DNA of 62,962 nt from an uncultured bacterium (lineage in GTDB: Bacteria > Patescibacteriota > Minisyncoccia > Phycocordibacterales > Phycocordibacteraceae): the NCBI GenBank assembly GCA_903994795.1, contig CAJEYI010000001.1, positions 1 through 62,962 on the forward strand, in the 5' to 3' direction. Position numbers and translations under genes: made by a program. Below, one piece after another: positions 28,833 to 37,085 of the stretch. Positions within the stretch are counted from its first letter, which is position 1. Each line of letters starts with the position of its first letter. Below the pieces are notes generated by a model. The model saw only the letters and a program-made list of their open reading frames with translations, did not search any database and had not been told where the DNA came from.

Positions 28833-29855
28833 ATGAAGATTCAAAAAAAGTTTTCAAAGCAAATGACCATGGCTTTTATACCAGGTATCGTGGTGGTTAT
28901 CGGTCTTTTGCTTGCTTCAGGTGTGTATGCTGCAGTTATTTTAGATAAAATTCCTCCAGCAGCGCCTACTGCTCTCGCTGGTTCCGCTAATAGTTCTGCA
29001 AAGGTTACCCTCACTTGGGCTGCTGCAATTGATAATGTTGGTGTAACTGCTTATCAGGTTTACAGAAATGGTCTATTGGTGGGAACTGTGGCAACTCCTG
29101 GGTATGTAGATACAGGACTAACTCAGAAAAGTGTATACAGTTACAGCGTTAGGGCAGCTGATGCAGCGGGAAATATTTCTATACCCAGCAACACAATCAC
29201 TGTACAGACACCTGTGGCGATAGTAGATAATACTGCTCCAACAGCACCTACTGCGCTTAAGGGATACGTAAATAGTTCCACAAAAATTACACTTGCGTGG
29301 ACTGCTGCAACAGACAATGTCGGTGTTGATAAATATCAGGTCTTTAGAAATTCTGTATTAGTTGGGACTTCTGCCACTCCTGGGTATGTAGATACAGGAG
29401 TAACTCAGCGAAACCACTATACTTACAGCGTAAAGGCAGTTGATGCTGCGGGAAATGTTTCCCCAGCAAGTAATGTTATCGACATGCAAACAATCTCAAC
29501 GACCTCACCTGGACCTGAAGTATTTGTTCAAAGTCAACAGGTCGTTACTGCTGTTAATGGTACTACTGGTTCTGCAAGCATCTATTGGAACACCAGTCCG
29601 TACAACACTGCCTCAAGTTCAGTGGCATATGGAACTGCAATGAATGCGCTTAATTCAAAGGTTGCAGGTTCTAATAATGTATCTGAACAGACTGTACAGT
29701 TAACGGGTCTTAGTCGAAACACAACGTACTACTACCAGGTTACTGTTACATTCCAAGTACCTCCTCCAGCACCACCAGCCGGAGTTAATGTACCTCCAAT
29801 GGTAGCTCCAAGCATATCAATGCCAGGACCTATTATGTCATTCAAGGTAAATTAA
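28833..29855 (+). CDS. secreted protein with two tandem fibronectin-III-like repeats
   Basis: Signal/TM at the N-terminus. Two repeats of about 91 aa (PTAL.G..NSS.K.TL.W.AA.DNVGV..YQV.RN..LVGT.ATPGYVDTG.TQ...Y.YSV.A.DAAGN.S). Confidence 0.65.
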   Translation: MKIQKKFSKQMTMAFIPGIVVVIGLLLASGVYAAVILDKIPPAAPTALAGSANSSAKVTLTWAAAIDNVGVTAYQVYRNGLLVGTVATPGYVDTGLTQKSVYSYSVRAADAAGNISIPSNTITVQTPVAIVDNTAPTAPTALKGYVNSSTKITLAWTAATDNVGVDKYQVFRNSVLVGTSATPGYVDTGVTQRNHYTYSVKAVDAAGNVSPASNVIDMQTISTTSPGPEVFVQSQQVVTAVNGTTGSASIYWNTSPYNTASSSVAYGTAMNALNSKVAGSNNVSEQTVQLTGLSRNTTYYYQVTVTFQVPPPAPPAGVNVPPMVAPSISMPGPIMSFKVN

Positions 29856-29876
29856 CCTTAGGTAAAAAGCATTAAG

Positions 29877-29908
29877 CAAAAAGCACCTCCGAAATGGGGT
29901 GCTTTTTG
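29877..29908 (+). terminator. intrinsic terminator
   Basis: CAAAAAGCACC/GGTGCTTTTTG stem. Confidence 0.75.
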
Positions 29909-29957
29909 TTTTTCAAGTATAGTTTTTAAATAGGTGTGTTACTGACAGAGAGAATGT

Positions 29958-30067
29958 TTGCATACTACAGAAAGGTAGTGTACAGTGCTTCTATTCGCTA
30001 CGTACGGCTGACGGCCGGACCAATGGTCAAGGATTCCTAGGAATCTGGCGCCAAAAGGCGCATTTTT
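29958..30067 (+). promoter_or_regulatory. candidate promoter plus structured leader/attenuator of rplC
   Basis: TTGCAT, 17 nt, TACAGT (29958-29986). Leader hairpins follow, ending in GCGCC-AAAA-GGCGC plus ATTTTT (30048-30067), 9 nt before the ATG. Confidence 0.4.
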
Positions 30068-30076
30068 ACTTTACTT

Positions 30077-30700
30077 ATGAAATTTATCCTCGCCCGCAAA
30101 GGCCGCATGACTCAAATCTTCCAGGAAGATGGTCGTGTTAAGGCTGGAACTGTACTTGTTGCAGGTCCAATTACTGTTACTCAGGTGAAAACTCCTGAAG
30201 TAGATGGATACTCAGCGGTGCAGGTCGGCTTTAGTCCCCAGAAGGCCGAGAGAGTAAATAAGCCACAGCGTGCAGACAAGGCATATATGTTTGTGAAGGA
30301 ATTCCGTGCTGAAAACGCTTCAGACATTTCTGCCATGGGAGATCTCGTAGTTGGAAGCGAGATTACTCTTGATACATTTGCTGTAGGCGACGGTGTAACA
30401 GTAGTGGGAACAAGCAAAGGACGTGGATTCGCTGGTGTTGTTAAACGACATGGTTTCCATGGAGGACGTCGCTCACACGGTCAGAAGCACTCAGAGCGTG
30501 AGCCAGGTTCTATTGGTGGAGGTGGTCGCGCTGGAGGTCGTGTTGCAAAGGGTCTACGCATGGGTGGTCGCATGGGTACAGACCGCGTAACGGTGAAGAA
30601 TCTTGAGATTCTACATGTAGATGTGGCACGTGGTGAAATTATCGTCTCTGGAGCTATTCCAGGAGCGCCTAACTCTCTTGTTGAGATTGTGTCTAAATAA
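30077..30700 (+). CDS. rplC: 50S ribosomal protein L3
   Basis: Motifs KGRMTQIF and GKGFAGVVKRHGF. Confidence 0.95.
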   Translation: MKFILARKGRMTQIFQEDGRVKAGTVLVAGPITVTQVKTPEVDGYSAVQVGFSPQKAERVNKPQRADKAYMFVKEFRAENASDISAMGDLVVGSEITLDTFAVGDGVTVVGTSKGRGFAGVVKRHGFHGGRRSHGQKHSEREPGSIGGGGRAGGRVAKGLRMGGRMGTDRVTVKNLEILHVDVARGEIIVSGAIPGAPNSLVEIVSK

Positions 30701-30706
30701 ACTTTT

Positions 30707-31516
30707 ATGTACATCAAACCTAAAACAATCATCAAGACAAAGCCAATGCGTACTCCCGCAAAGAGTAACCAGCGCAAGCGCACAACTCCTAAAGTAGTTG
30801 TAGACAAATTCCCTGCAATGCCAGGTGAGGCTATCGAAGCAAAGATCTGGAGCGTAGACGGAAAGCAGTCTGGAACAATCACACTTCCACCTGAAATCTT
30901 CAGCATGCCTTGGAATGCAGACCTCGTACACCAGGTATTTACTGGTATGCGTGCAAACGCTCGACCAACTGTTGCGAACACTAAGTTCCGCGGTGAAGTC
31001 TCTGGAGGTGGTAAGAAGCCATGGAAGCAAAAGGGTACTGGACGTGCTCGACATGGTTCAAACCGTTCTCCAATTTGGCGCAAGGGAGGTATTACTCACG
31101 GACCTCGTGCAGAGCGAGATTTCTCAGTGAAGATCAACAAGAAAATGCGCGTAGCAGCACTTATGTCAGTACTTTCTAAGAAAGTACGTGATGGTGAAGT
31201 AATCTTCGTAGACAAGCTTCTCTTCACAGAGCCAAAGACTCGAGACGCAAAGGCAATGCTTGTAGCAATTGCAGCAGCAGCTGGAGCACCAACACTTGCA
31301 ACAAAGCGTGTAAACGCTGCAGTGGTAGCATTCGCAAAGAAGGACACTATTGCTGAGAAGTCATTCCACAACATTGGTAGCGTTATCTCTGAGGAGGTTC
31401 GAAACTTGAATACGGTAGATCTTCTCAACAAGAAGTTCCTCGTTATCGAGAATCCTACTGAGGCATTTGCAGTTCTCAAAGCACGTCTCACAAAGAACAC
31501 GGCTGAAGCCGCATAA
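30707..31516 (+). CDS. rplD: 50S ribosomal protein L4 (with N-terminal extension)
   Basis: GGGKKPWKQKGTGRAR motif. The exact start is uncertain. Confidence 0.9.
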   Translation: MYIKPKTIIKTKPMRTPAKSNQRKRTTPKVVVDKFPAMPGEAIEAKIWSVDGKQSGTITLPPEIFSMPWNADLVHQVFTGMRANARPTVANTKFRGEVSGGGKKPWKQKGTGRARHGSNRSPIWRKGGITHGPRAERDFSVKINKKMRVAALMSVLSKKVRDGEVIFVDKLLFTEPKTRDAKAMLVAIAAAAGAPTLATKRVNAAVVAFAKKDTIAEKSFHNIGSVISEEVRNLNTVDLLNKKFLVIENPTEAFAVLKARLTKNTAEAA

Positions 31517-31527
31517 CCAATACGCCT

Positions 31528-31896
31528 ATGCCACTATTTTCTAACAACAAAAAAGAGACTAAGCAGCAGATGATTGCATCAGCTAAGAAGCTTGGAAAAA
31601 TCACTGCAGAGGATGGACGACATCACTCAGTGCTTCGAGCACCTTGGCTTTCTGAGAAGGCACTTATCGGCACAGAGAACGGTGTCTACGTATTCGAAGT
31701 ACCACCAGCAGCTACTAAGTATGAAATTGCAGCAGCAGTTGAAGCAATATACAAAGTAACTCCTCGCCAGATTCGTGTTGCTAATCTCCCTGCAAAGAAG
31801 AAAGCACTTCGCACTCGCCGTGGATTTGGAGTACGTGCTGCTCGTCACAAGGCATATGTGTACCTTAAGAAAGGCGACACTATTCAATTTGCATAG
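31528..31896 (+). CDS. rplW: 50S ribosomal protein L23
   Basis: Conserved order, plus the VFEV....K.EI..AVE..Y.V pattern. Confidence 0.9.
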   Translation: MPLFSNNKKETKQQMIASAKKLGKITAEDGRHHSVLRAPWLSEKALIGTENGVYVFEVPPAATKYEIAAAVEAIYKVTPRQIRVANLPAKKKALRTRRGFGVRAARHKAYVYLKKGDTIQFA

Positions 31897-31912
31897 TCCT
31901 AGCCAATAGCTT

Positions 31913-32755
31913 ATGAAAACATACAAACCAACCTCAAAAAGCCGACGACAGATGACAACCGTGACATATCGCGGTGTACTTTCTGGCGACAAGCCACACA
32001 AGGCTCTCCTCAGTACTAAGAAGAATCGTGCAGGACGAAACAATCAGGGTCGCATCACTACTCGTCACCAGGGTGGAGGTCACAAGAAGCGACTTCGCGA
32101 TGTAGATTTCGCATACAACAAGAAGAACATCCCTGCAAAGATCGAGACTATCGAATATGATCCATACCGAACAGCATTCATCGCTCTAGCGCTTTATGCA
32201 GATGGAGAGCGTCGATACGTAACAGCTATCAAGGATATGAAAGTTGGAGATACATTCATCGTTGGAGAAGATGCTCCTGTAAAGCCAGGAAATCGTATGC
32301 CTCTCGGCAAGATTCCTTCTGGAACATTTATCTACAATATCGAGCTTAAGCTCGGAGCAGGAGCTCGCCTAGCGCGCTCTGCTGGTAACTACGCAGAAGT
32401 TGTGGCTCATGACTCAGGATACGCCCAGATCAAGCTTCCTTCTTCTGAAATTCGTAAGGTGTCTGATCTTTGCTACGCATCTATCGGTGCAGTAAGTAAC
32501 GAAGAACAGCGACTTGTGAACTATGGAAAGGCTGGAAAGTCACGATGGATGGGTATTCGCCCTACAGTACGTGGTACAGCAATGAACCCTGTTGATCACC
32601 CACACGGAGGTGGTGAAGGACGTCAGGGACGTGGTCTACGACGCGCAAAGAGCATGTGGGGCAAGCCTACAGGAAAGGGTCAGAAGACTCGAACTCCAAA
32701 GAAGTACTCGAATTCATTTATCGTTTCAAGACGAAAGGTTGGGAAGAAGCGGTAG
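31913..32755 (+). CDS. rplB: 50S ribosomal protein L2
   Basis: Motifs RHQGGGHKK and NPVDHPHGGGEG. Confidence 0.97.
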   Translation: MKTYKPTSKSRRQMTTVTYRGVLSGDKPHKALLSTKKNRAGRNNQGRITTRHQGGGHKKRLRDVDFAYNKKNIPAKIETIEYDPYRTAFIALALYADGERRYVTAIKDMKVGDTFIVGEDAPVKPGNRMPLGKIPSGTFIYNIELKLGAGARLARSAGNYAEVVAHDSGYAQIKLPSSEIRKVSDLCYASIGAVSNEEQRLVNYGKAGKSRWMGIRPTVRGTAMNPVDHPHGGGEGRQGRGLRRAKSMWGKPTGKGQKTRTPKKYSNSFIVSRRKVGKKR

Positions 32756-32781
32756 TAGGCCTCTGGTAAAAAGAAGTTCGC

Positions 32782-32838
32782 AAAAGAATACGAAAAATGG
32801 CCCTCTAAATTCTGACGGGCCATTTTTCGTATTCTTTT
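32782..32838 (+). repeat. conserved-loop hairpin, copy 1 (22-bp stem, loop TCTAAATTCTGAC)
   Basis: Perfect inverted repeat AAAAGAATACGAAAAATGGCCC/GGGCCATTTTTCGTATTCTTTT, 26 nt after the rplB stop. Confidence 0.85.
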
Positions 32839-32949
32839 TGCCGTACCGAAAAGTTATCCACAGGCTTTATTTTCTCACTATTTTATTTTCATATTTATTT
32901 CAGCTCGCTATGCTACATTCTTGCCATACCAATTTAACGAAATACGAAT

Positions 32950-33255
32950 ATGGCACGAAAAAACCAAAGCACTCATACAACAGAAGTATTCATTAATAAC
33001 AATCATGCAGGCTACTCAGAACACGAGCATCTTTTGGAGCATGTTCATTTCCTAGAAGAACGAACTACCGAACTAGAAGAGAAAGTAGACTTCTTTCAGA
33101 CGATTTTCCAGGATTTACTAGATGATGAAGACGACGAGGATGAGGATACAGAAGATGAGGTAGGAGAAGATGAATACGAAGATGAAGAAGACCTCTTCGA
33201 AAATGGCCTGTGTGGCCATTCGTGTTGCTGTGTGTGGAGTCGTGTGGTGAGTTAG
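32950..33255 (+). CDS. hypothetical acidic protein with a Cys-rich C-terminus
   Basis: DDEDDEDEDTEDE run and a CGHSCCCVW tail. Inserted between rplB and rpsS. Confidence 0.4.
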   Translation: MARKNQSTHTTEVFINNNHAGYSEHEHLLEHVHFLEERTTELEEKVDFFQTIFQDLLDDEDDEDEDTEDEVGEDEYEDEEDLFENGLCGHSCCCVWSRVVS

Positions 33256-33297
33256 GGGTGTTTATAACCAAAAAATCACCATGATAAACTTACTACT

Positions 33298-33780
33298 ATG
33301 ACGGCGGACACAGAGCTAATTATTACTGAACTCACAAAAGTATTTGATTCTAAAATCGATCAATTAGGTAGTGAAATCAATGGAAGGTTCGAGCTGATGG
33401 ACACAGCTTTTGCTGATTTAGCATCTGCGATGCAGTATGGATTTGAGAAGGTTTACGATAGATTCGACGAGGTCGATGAGAGATTCGAGAATGTTGAGGG
33501 TAGATTAGGTAGAATCGAAGGCAGATCGGATAACTTTGAGAGCAGAATGAATAGAATCGATGAAAGTATCGAGTATTTGAAAGTAGAGATGAGAGACGTA
33601 AAGACGAGAGTCATTCACCTGGAGTCCTCTATGGAAGAAGTGCAGGAAAGTCTTGCAAATCTTGAAAACGCTGAAGAAAAAGACGCAAAAGCTACTATTA
33701 ATCACGAAACACGTATACAGAAGCTCGAAAAGGTAAATAAAATCAAACCGAAACCAGTGGCGCACTTATTGAATATATGA
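33298..33780 (+). CDS. heptad-repeat coiled-coil protein
   Basis: Six consecutive heptads of the form (D/E)xR(F/L/M)xx(V/I). Resembles the 51204-51608 product. Confidence 0.55.
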   Translation: MTADTELIITELTKVFDSKIDQLGSEINGRFELMDTAFADLASAMQYGFEKVYDRFDEVDERFENVEGRLGRIEGRSDNFESRMNRIDESIEYLKVEMRDVKTRVIHLESSMEEVQESLANLENAEEKDAKATINHETRIQKLEKVNKIKPKPVAHLLNI

Positions 33781-33820
33781 GCAGGAGAGGGCACAAGAAC
33801 CCTCATAAAGCCGTCATAAT

Positions 33821-33870
33821 TTGACAGTCTGCCTCATTTCGTATAGATTTTATCTATCCCGCGTCGCGGG
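33821..33870 (+). promoter_or_regulatory. candidate promoter plus leader hairpin of rpsS
   Basis: TTGACA (33821-33826) with TAGATT/TATAGA as -10. CCCGCG-T-CGCGGG hairpin (33858-33870), then CTTTTACTTCTC and the ATG. Confidence 0.45.
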
Positions 33871-33882
33871 CTTTTACTTCTC

Positions 33883-34236
33883 ATGTCACGATCACTCAAG
33901 AAAGGACCCTACATCGACGTTAAGTTGATGAAAAAGGTAACAACAGCAGGAAAACCCTCAACTTCAGGGGTTATTAAGACATGGGCTCGTAGAAGCCAAA
34001 TTGCTCCGGAAATGGTTGGTTTCACCTTTGGAGTTCATAATGGTAAGTCACACGTTGACGTACTAGTGAGCGAAGATATGGTTGGTCACCGACTAGGTGA
34101 ATTCTCACCAACGAAGAAATTCGTTCGTCACGGAGGAAAGATGCAGAAAGATCTCGAGCAGAAGCGCCAGGCTTCTGAGATTGCAGCAGCTAAGGCTGCA
34201 AAGGCAGCACCTGCGGCTCCTGCAAAGAAGAAGTAG
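33883..34236 (+). CDS. rpsS: 30S ribosomal protein S19 (Ala/Lys-rich C-terminal extension)
   Basis: Motifs SRSLKKGPY and GHRLGEF. Confidence 0.95.
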   Translation: MSRSLKKGPYIDVKLMKKVTTAGKPSTSGVIKTWARRSQIAPEMVGFTFGVHNGKSHVDVLVSEDMVGHRLGEFSPTKKFVRHGGKMQKDLEQKRQASEIAAAKAAKAAPAAPAKKK

Positions 34237-34273
34237 CCCCAGTAATCAGACCTCTCACTTTCACCAAACTCTT

Positions 34274-34630
34274 ATGCGCGCAATACTAACCAGCCACAAT
34301 CAGCCACCTCGCAAGGTTCGTCTTGTGACAGAGCTTGTAAAGGGAAAGAATGTGTCTGAGGCACTTGCGATTTTGTCGTTCTTGCCAAAGCGCGCATCTC
34401 AGCCAATTGCAAAGCTCATTGCTTCAGCTGCTGCAAATGCAACAGTGAAGGGTGAGGATCCTGCAACTCTACGAGTGAAGAACATCACTGTAGATAGTGC
34501 TGGAATGCTCGTACGCATGATGCCTCGCGCTATGGGACGTGGAGCTCCTATTCGCCGTCGAAAGAGCTCTGTGACTGTAACCCTCGACACTAACGCGAAG
34601 ATTGGAAAGACTAAGAAAGTCGCAAAATAG
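34274..34630 (+). CDS. rplV: 50S ribosomal protein L22
   Basis: PRKVRLV....G pattern. ATG 34274 is chosen because the longer ORF overlaps rpsS. Confidence 0.9.
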   Translation: MRAILTSHNQPPRKVRLVTELVKGKNVSEALAILSFLPKRASQPIAKLIASAAANATVKGEDPATLRVKNITVDSAGMLVRMMPRAMGRGAPIRRRKSSVTVTLDTNAKIGKTKKVAK

Positions 34631-34641
34631 ATTTTAATACC

Positions 34642-35382
34642 ATGACACACACCGTACATCCTTACGCACACCGACTTGGCATCATTCGCGATTGGCGAAG
34701 CCGATGGTTTGCTGCAGACAAGAAGACATACCGCGAGAACGTTCTCGTAGATCAGACTGTTCGCGTATTCCTCAAGAAGCGCCTAAAGGGAATGCACGTA
34801 ACTGAAATCGAAATCGAGCGAACACAGAGCGAGGTTCGTGTGCTTCTTCACACTGCTCGCCCAGGTCTCGTTATTGGTCGCTCAGGTGAGAATGCAGGAA
34901 AGCTCCGCAAGGAAGTTACTGATGTCATCCGAAAGGTTGCTCCTCTACACGGCCGAACAGTTAAGCTCGACATCATGGAAATCCGCCAGCCTGAAACAAG
35001 CGCAGCTATCGTAGGATTTATGATTGCTGAAGGGCTTGAGAAGCGTATGCCATTCCGACGTGTACTTAAGCAGACACTTGAGAAAGTAATGGCGGTTCGA
35101 GAAGTTATCGGTATCCGCGTGGTGATCTCAGGACGCCTTGGAGGTGCTGATATGTCTCGCACAGAGCAGATGAAGCGAGGACGTGTGCCTCTTCAGACAT
35201 TCCGTGCAAACATCGACTACGCACAGGTAGAGGCAAACCTTCCATACGGTGTTATCGGTATCAAGGTGTGGATCTACATGGGTGATCAGTTTAACGATCG
35301 CGAACACCAGGCAACTCAGGCTCCTCAGCAGCAGGCAGCACCTCGAGCAATGTCACGCCAGCCAGCTGGTCGCACTTCATAA
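34642..35382 (+). CDS. rpsC: 30S ribosomal protein S3
   Basis: KH domain, GRLGGADMSRTE, and a Gln/Ala-rich tail. Confidence 0.95.
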   Translation: MTHTVHPYAHRLGIIRDWRSRWFAADKKTYRENVLVDQTVRVFLKKRLKGMHVTEIEIERTQSEVRVLLHTARPGLVIGRSGENAGKLRKEVTDVIRKVAPLHGRTVKLDIMEIRQPETSAAIVGFMIAEGLEKRMPFRRVLKQTLEKVMAVREVIGIRVVISGRLGGADMSRTEQMKRGRVPLQTFRANIDYAQVEANLPYGVIGIKVWIYMGDQFNDREHQATQAPQQQAAPRAMSRQPAGRTS

Positions 35383-35393
35383 TCAATACGCTT

Positions 35394-35816
35394 ATGTTAT
35401 TCCCTAAAAAAGTAAAACACCGAAAATGGCAGAGTGGCCGCAAGAGCGAAACAAAGCTCCAGCGTCCTGAGACTCGTGGTACCAAAGTATCTTTTGGTGC
35501 ATACGGTCTAAAGGCTACAACTCCTCACCGAATCACTTCAAACCAGATTGAGGCAGCTCGAAAGGTTCTCTCTCGTGCAACAGGAAAGGGAGGAAAGATG
35601 TGGATCCGAATTTTCCCAGACCGACCAGTTACTGAAAAGGCAGCAGGTCTAAAGATGGGTAAAGGAAAGGGAGATCCTAAGCACTTCGTATTCGAAGTTC
35701 GACCAGGACGAGTGATGTTTGAGATCGATGGCGTAACAGACGCAGTCGCTCGTGACGCAATGCGACGCGCTGGTTCAAAGCTTCCTGTTAAGACTACTGT
35801 CGTGACTCGAGTATAA
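35394..35816 (+). CDS. rplP: 50S ribosomal protein L16
   Basis: Motifs MLFPKKVKHRK and RMGKGKG. Confidence 0.95.
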   Translation: MLFPKKVKHRKWQSGRKSETKLQRPETRGTKVSFGAYGLKATTPHRITSNQIEAARKVLSRATGKGGKMWIRIFPDRPVTEKAAGLKMGKGKGDPKHFVFEVRPGRVMFEIDGVTDAVARDAMRRAGSKLPVKTTVVTRV

Positions 35817-35827
35817 CCAAAACTATT

Positions 35828-36046
35828 ATGGCTACTAAAAAAACAAAACTAACAGAGAAGAATCCAGCAGAGCTCACAGCATTGCTTGCAAAGCAGCGTG
35901 AAGAAATGCGCACTCTCCGATTTGCATCTGCAGGAGGACGTCCAAAAGACAGCGCAGCTCCAAAGAAGACTCGTCGAAACATCGCACGAATCCTCACAGA
36001 GCTTCATGCCCAGAAGACAGCTTCAATGCTCGGAGCAAACGCATAA
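35828..36046 (+). CDS. rpmC: 50S ribosomal protein L29
   Basis: Position and size, plus the L..E...LRF pattern. Confidence 0.85.
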   Translation: MATKKTKLTEKNPAELTALLAKQREEMRTLRFASAGGRPKDSAAPKKTRRNIARILTELHAQKTASMLGANA

Positions 36047-36054
36047 TACTTTTT

Positions 36055-36342
36055 ATGAAAACAACACCTACAACAAAAAAAGAAACAGTAGCTAAGCCAC
36101 AGACATTCCGTGGTGTGGTTGTGAAGGCCGCAATGAAGGACACTGTAACAGTTGCAGTATCTCGCTATGTAAAGCACCCTAAGTACAAGAAATACCAGAC
36201 CCTCACAAAGAAGTATCTCGTAGAGGACACGGGAAACAAGACTCAGGTTGGTGACCAGGTTACTATCGTAGCGTGCCGCCCACTTTCAAAGCTTAAGCAC
36301 TTCACTATTTCTGAAGTAACTTCAACTGCAACAGCAGAATAA
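36055..36342 (+). CDS. rpsQ: 30S ribosomal protein S17
   Basis: GVVVK..M.DTVTV.V.R.V.HP.Y.K pattern. Confidence 0.9.
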   Translation: MKTTPTTKKETVAKPQTFRGVVVKAAMKDTVTVAVSRYVKHPKYKKYQTLTKKYLVEDTGNKTQVGDQVTIVACRPLSKLKHFTISEVTSTATAE

Positions 36343-36363
36343 CCAAACCCTAATTACCCGCTT

Positions 36364-36741
36364 ATGATCCAAGACCAAACAATCGTAAAAGTAGCAGACA
36401 ACACTGGAGCAACCGTTGCTCGCGTCTTCAAAGTGCTTGGCGGATCAAAGCGTCGCTATGCAGAGCTTGGTGATGTTGTGGTTATCTCAGTACAAAGCGC
36501 ACAGCCTCGAAAGGCTGCAAAGAAAAAGGACATCTACAAAGCCGTAGTTGTACGTCAGGTGAAGCCATTCCGACGCGCAAACGGTTCATACGTATCTTTT
36601 GATGACAACGCAGTAGTGATTATCGAGAAGCAGGGAAAGGAAATGGGACCTAAGGGTAACCGCGTATTCGGTCCTGTACCACGTGACCTTATAGAGCGCG
36701 GATGGGGAAACATTGCGTCTCTCGCACCAGAAGTTGTATAA
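36364..36741 (+). CDS. rplN: 50S ribosomal protein L14
   Basis: MIQ..T...ADN.GA pattern. Confidence 0.95.
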   Translation: MIQDQTIVKVADNTGATVARVFKVLGGSKRRYAELGDVVVISVQSAQPRKAAKKKDIYKAVVVRQVKPFRRANGSYVSFDDNAVVIIEKQGKEMGPKGNRVFGPVPRDLIERGWGNIASLAPEVV

Positions 36742-36752
36742 CGACTATTTAT

Positions 36753-37064
36753 ATGAAAATGAAACTAAAAAAAGGCGATCACGTAGTAGTGGTATCAGGA
36801 AAGGACAAGGGTAAGACCGGAACTATTGAGCGTGTTATCCGAACAGATGGCAAGGTAGTAGTAGAGGGAATTGCACTCGCTAAGCACCACACAAAGGGCC
36901 GACAAGGTCAGTCTGGACAGATTATCGAGAAGCCTCGCGCTATCGATGCTTCAAACGTGATGTTTGTAGAGCCAGAGTCTAAAAAGCCTACTCGCATCGG
37001 ACGTGAACTTCGCGACGGAAAGCGCGTACGTGTGACTGCTAAAGGTAAGAAAGTACTGAGCTAG
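36753..37064 (+). CDS. rplX: 50S ribosomal protein L24
   Basis: KKGDHVVVVSGKDKGKTG (KOW motif). Confidence 0.9.
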   Translation: MKMKLKKGDHVVVVSGKDKGKTGTIERVIRTDGKVVVEGIALAKHHTKGRQGQSGQIIEKPRAIDASNVMFVEPESKKPTRIGRELRDGKRVRVTAKGKKVLS

Positions 37065-37085
37065 TCTCCACATAACCAAATTTTT

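Noticed and set aside
32782-32838. The conserved-loop hairpins as MITEs or REP elements.
   Set aside because: MITE and REP copies conserve the inverted-repeat arms. Here the arms are unrelated and only the loop plus closing pairs are conserved. No target-site duplications were seen. The elements are kept as an unexplained element class.
32592-32996. A 134-aa ORF spanning the rplB 3' end, hairpin copy 1 and the next gene's start.
   Set aside because: It is out of frame with rplB, passes through a 22-bp perfect hairpin, and has no start context.
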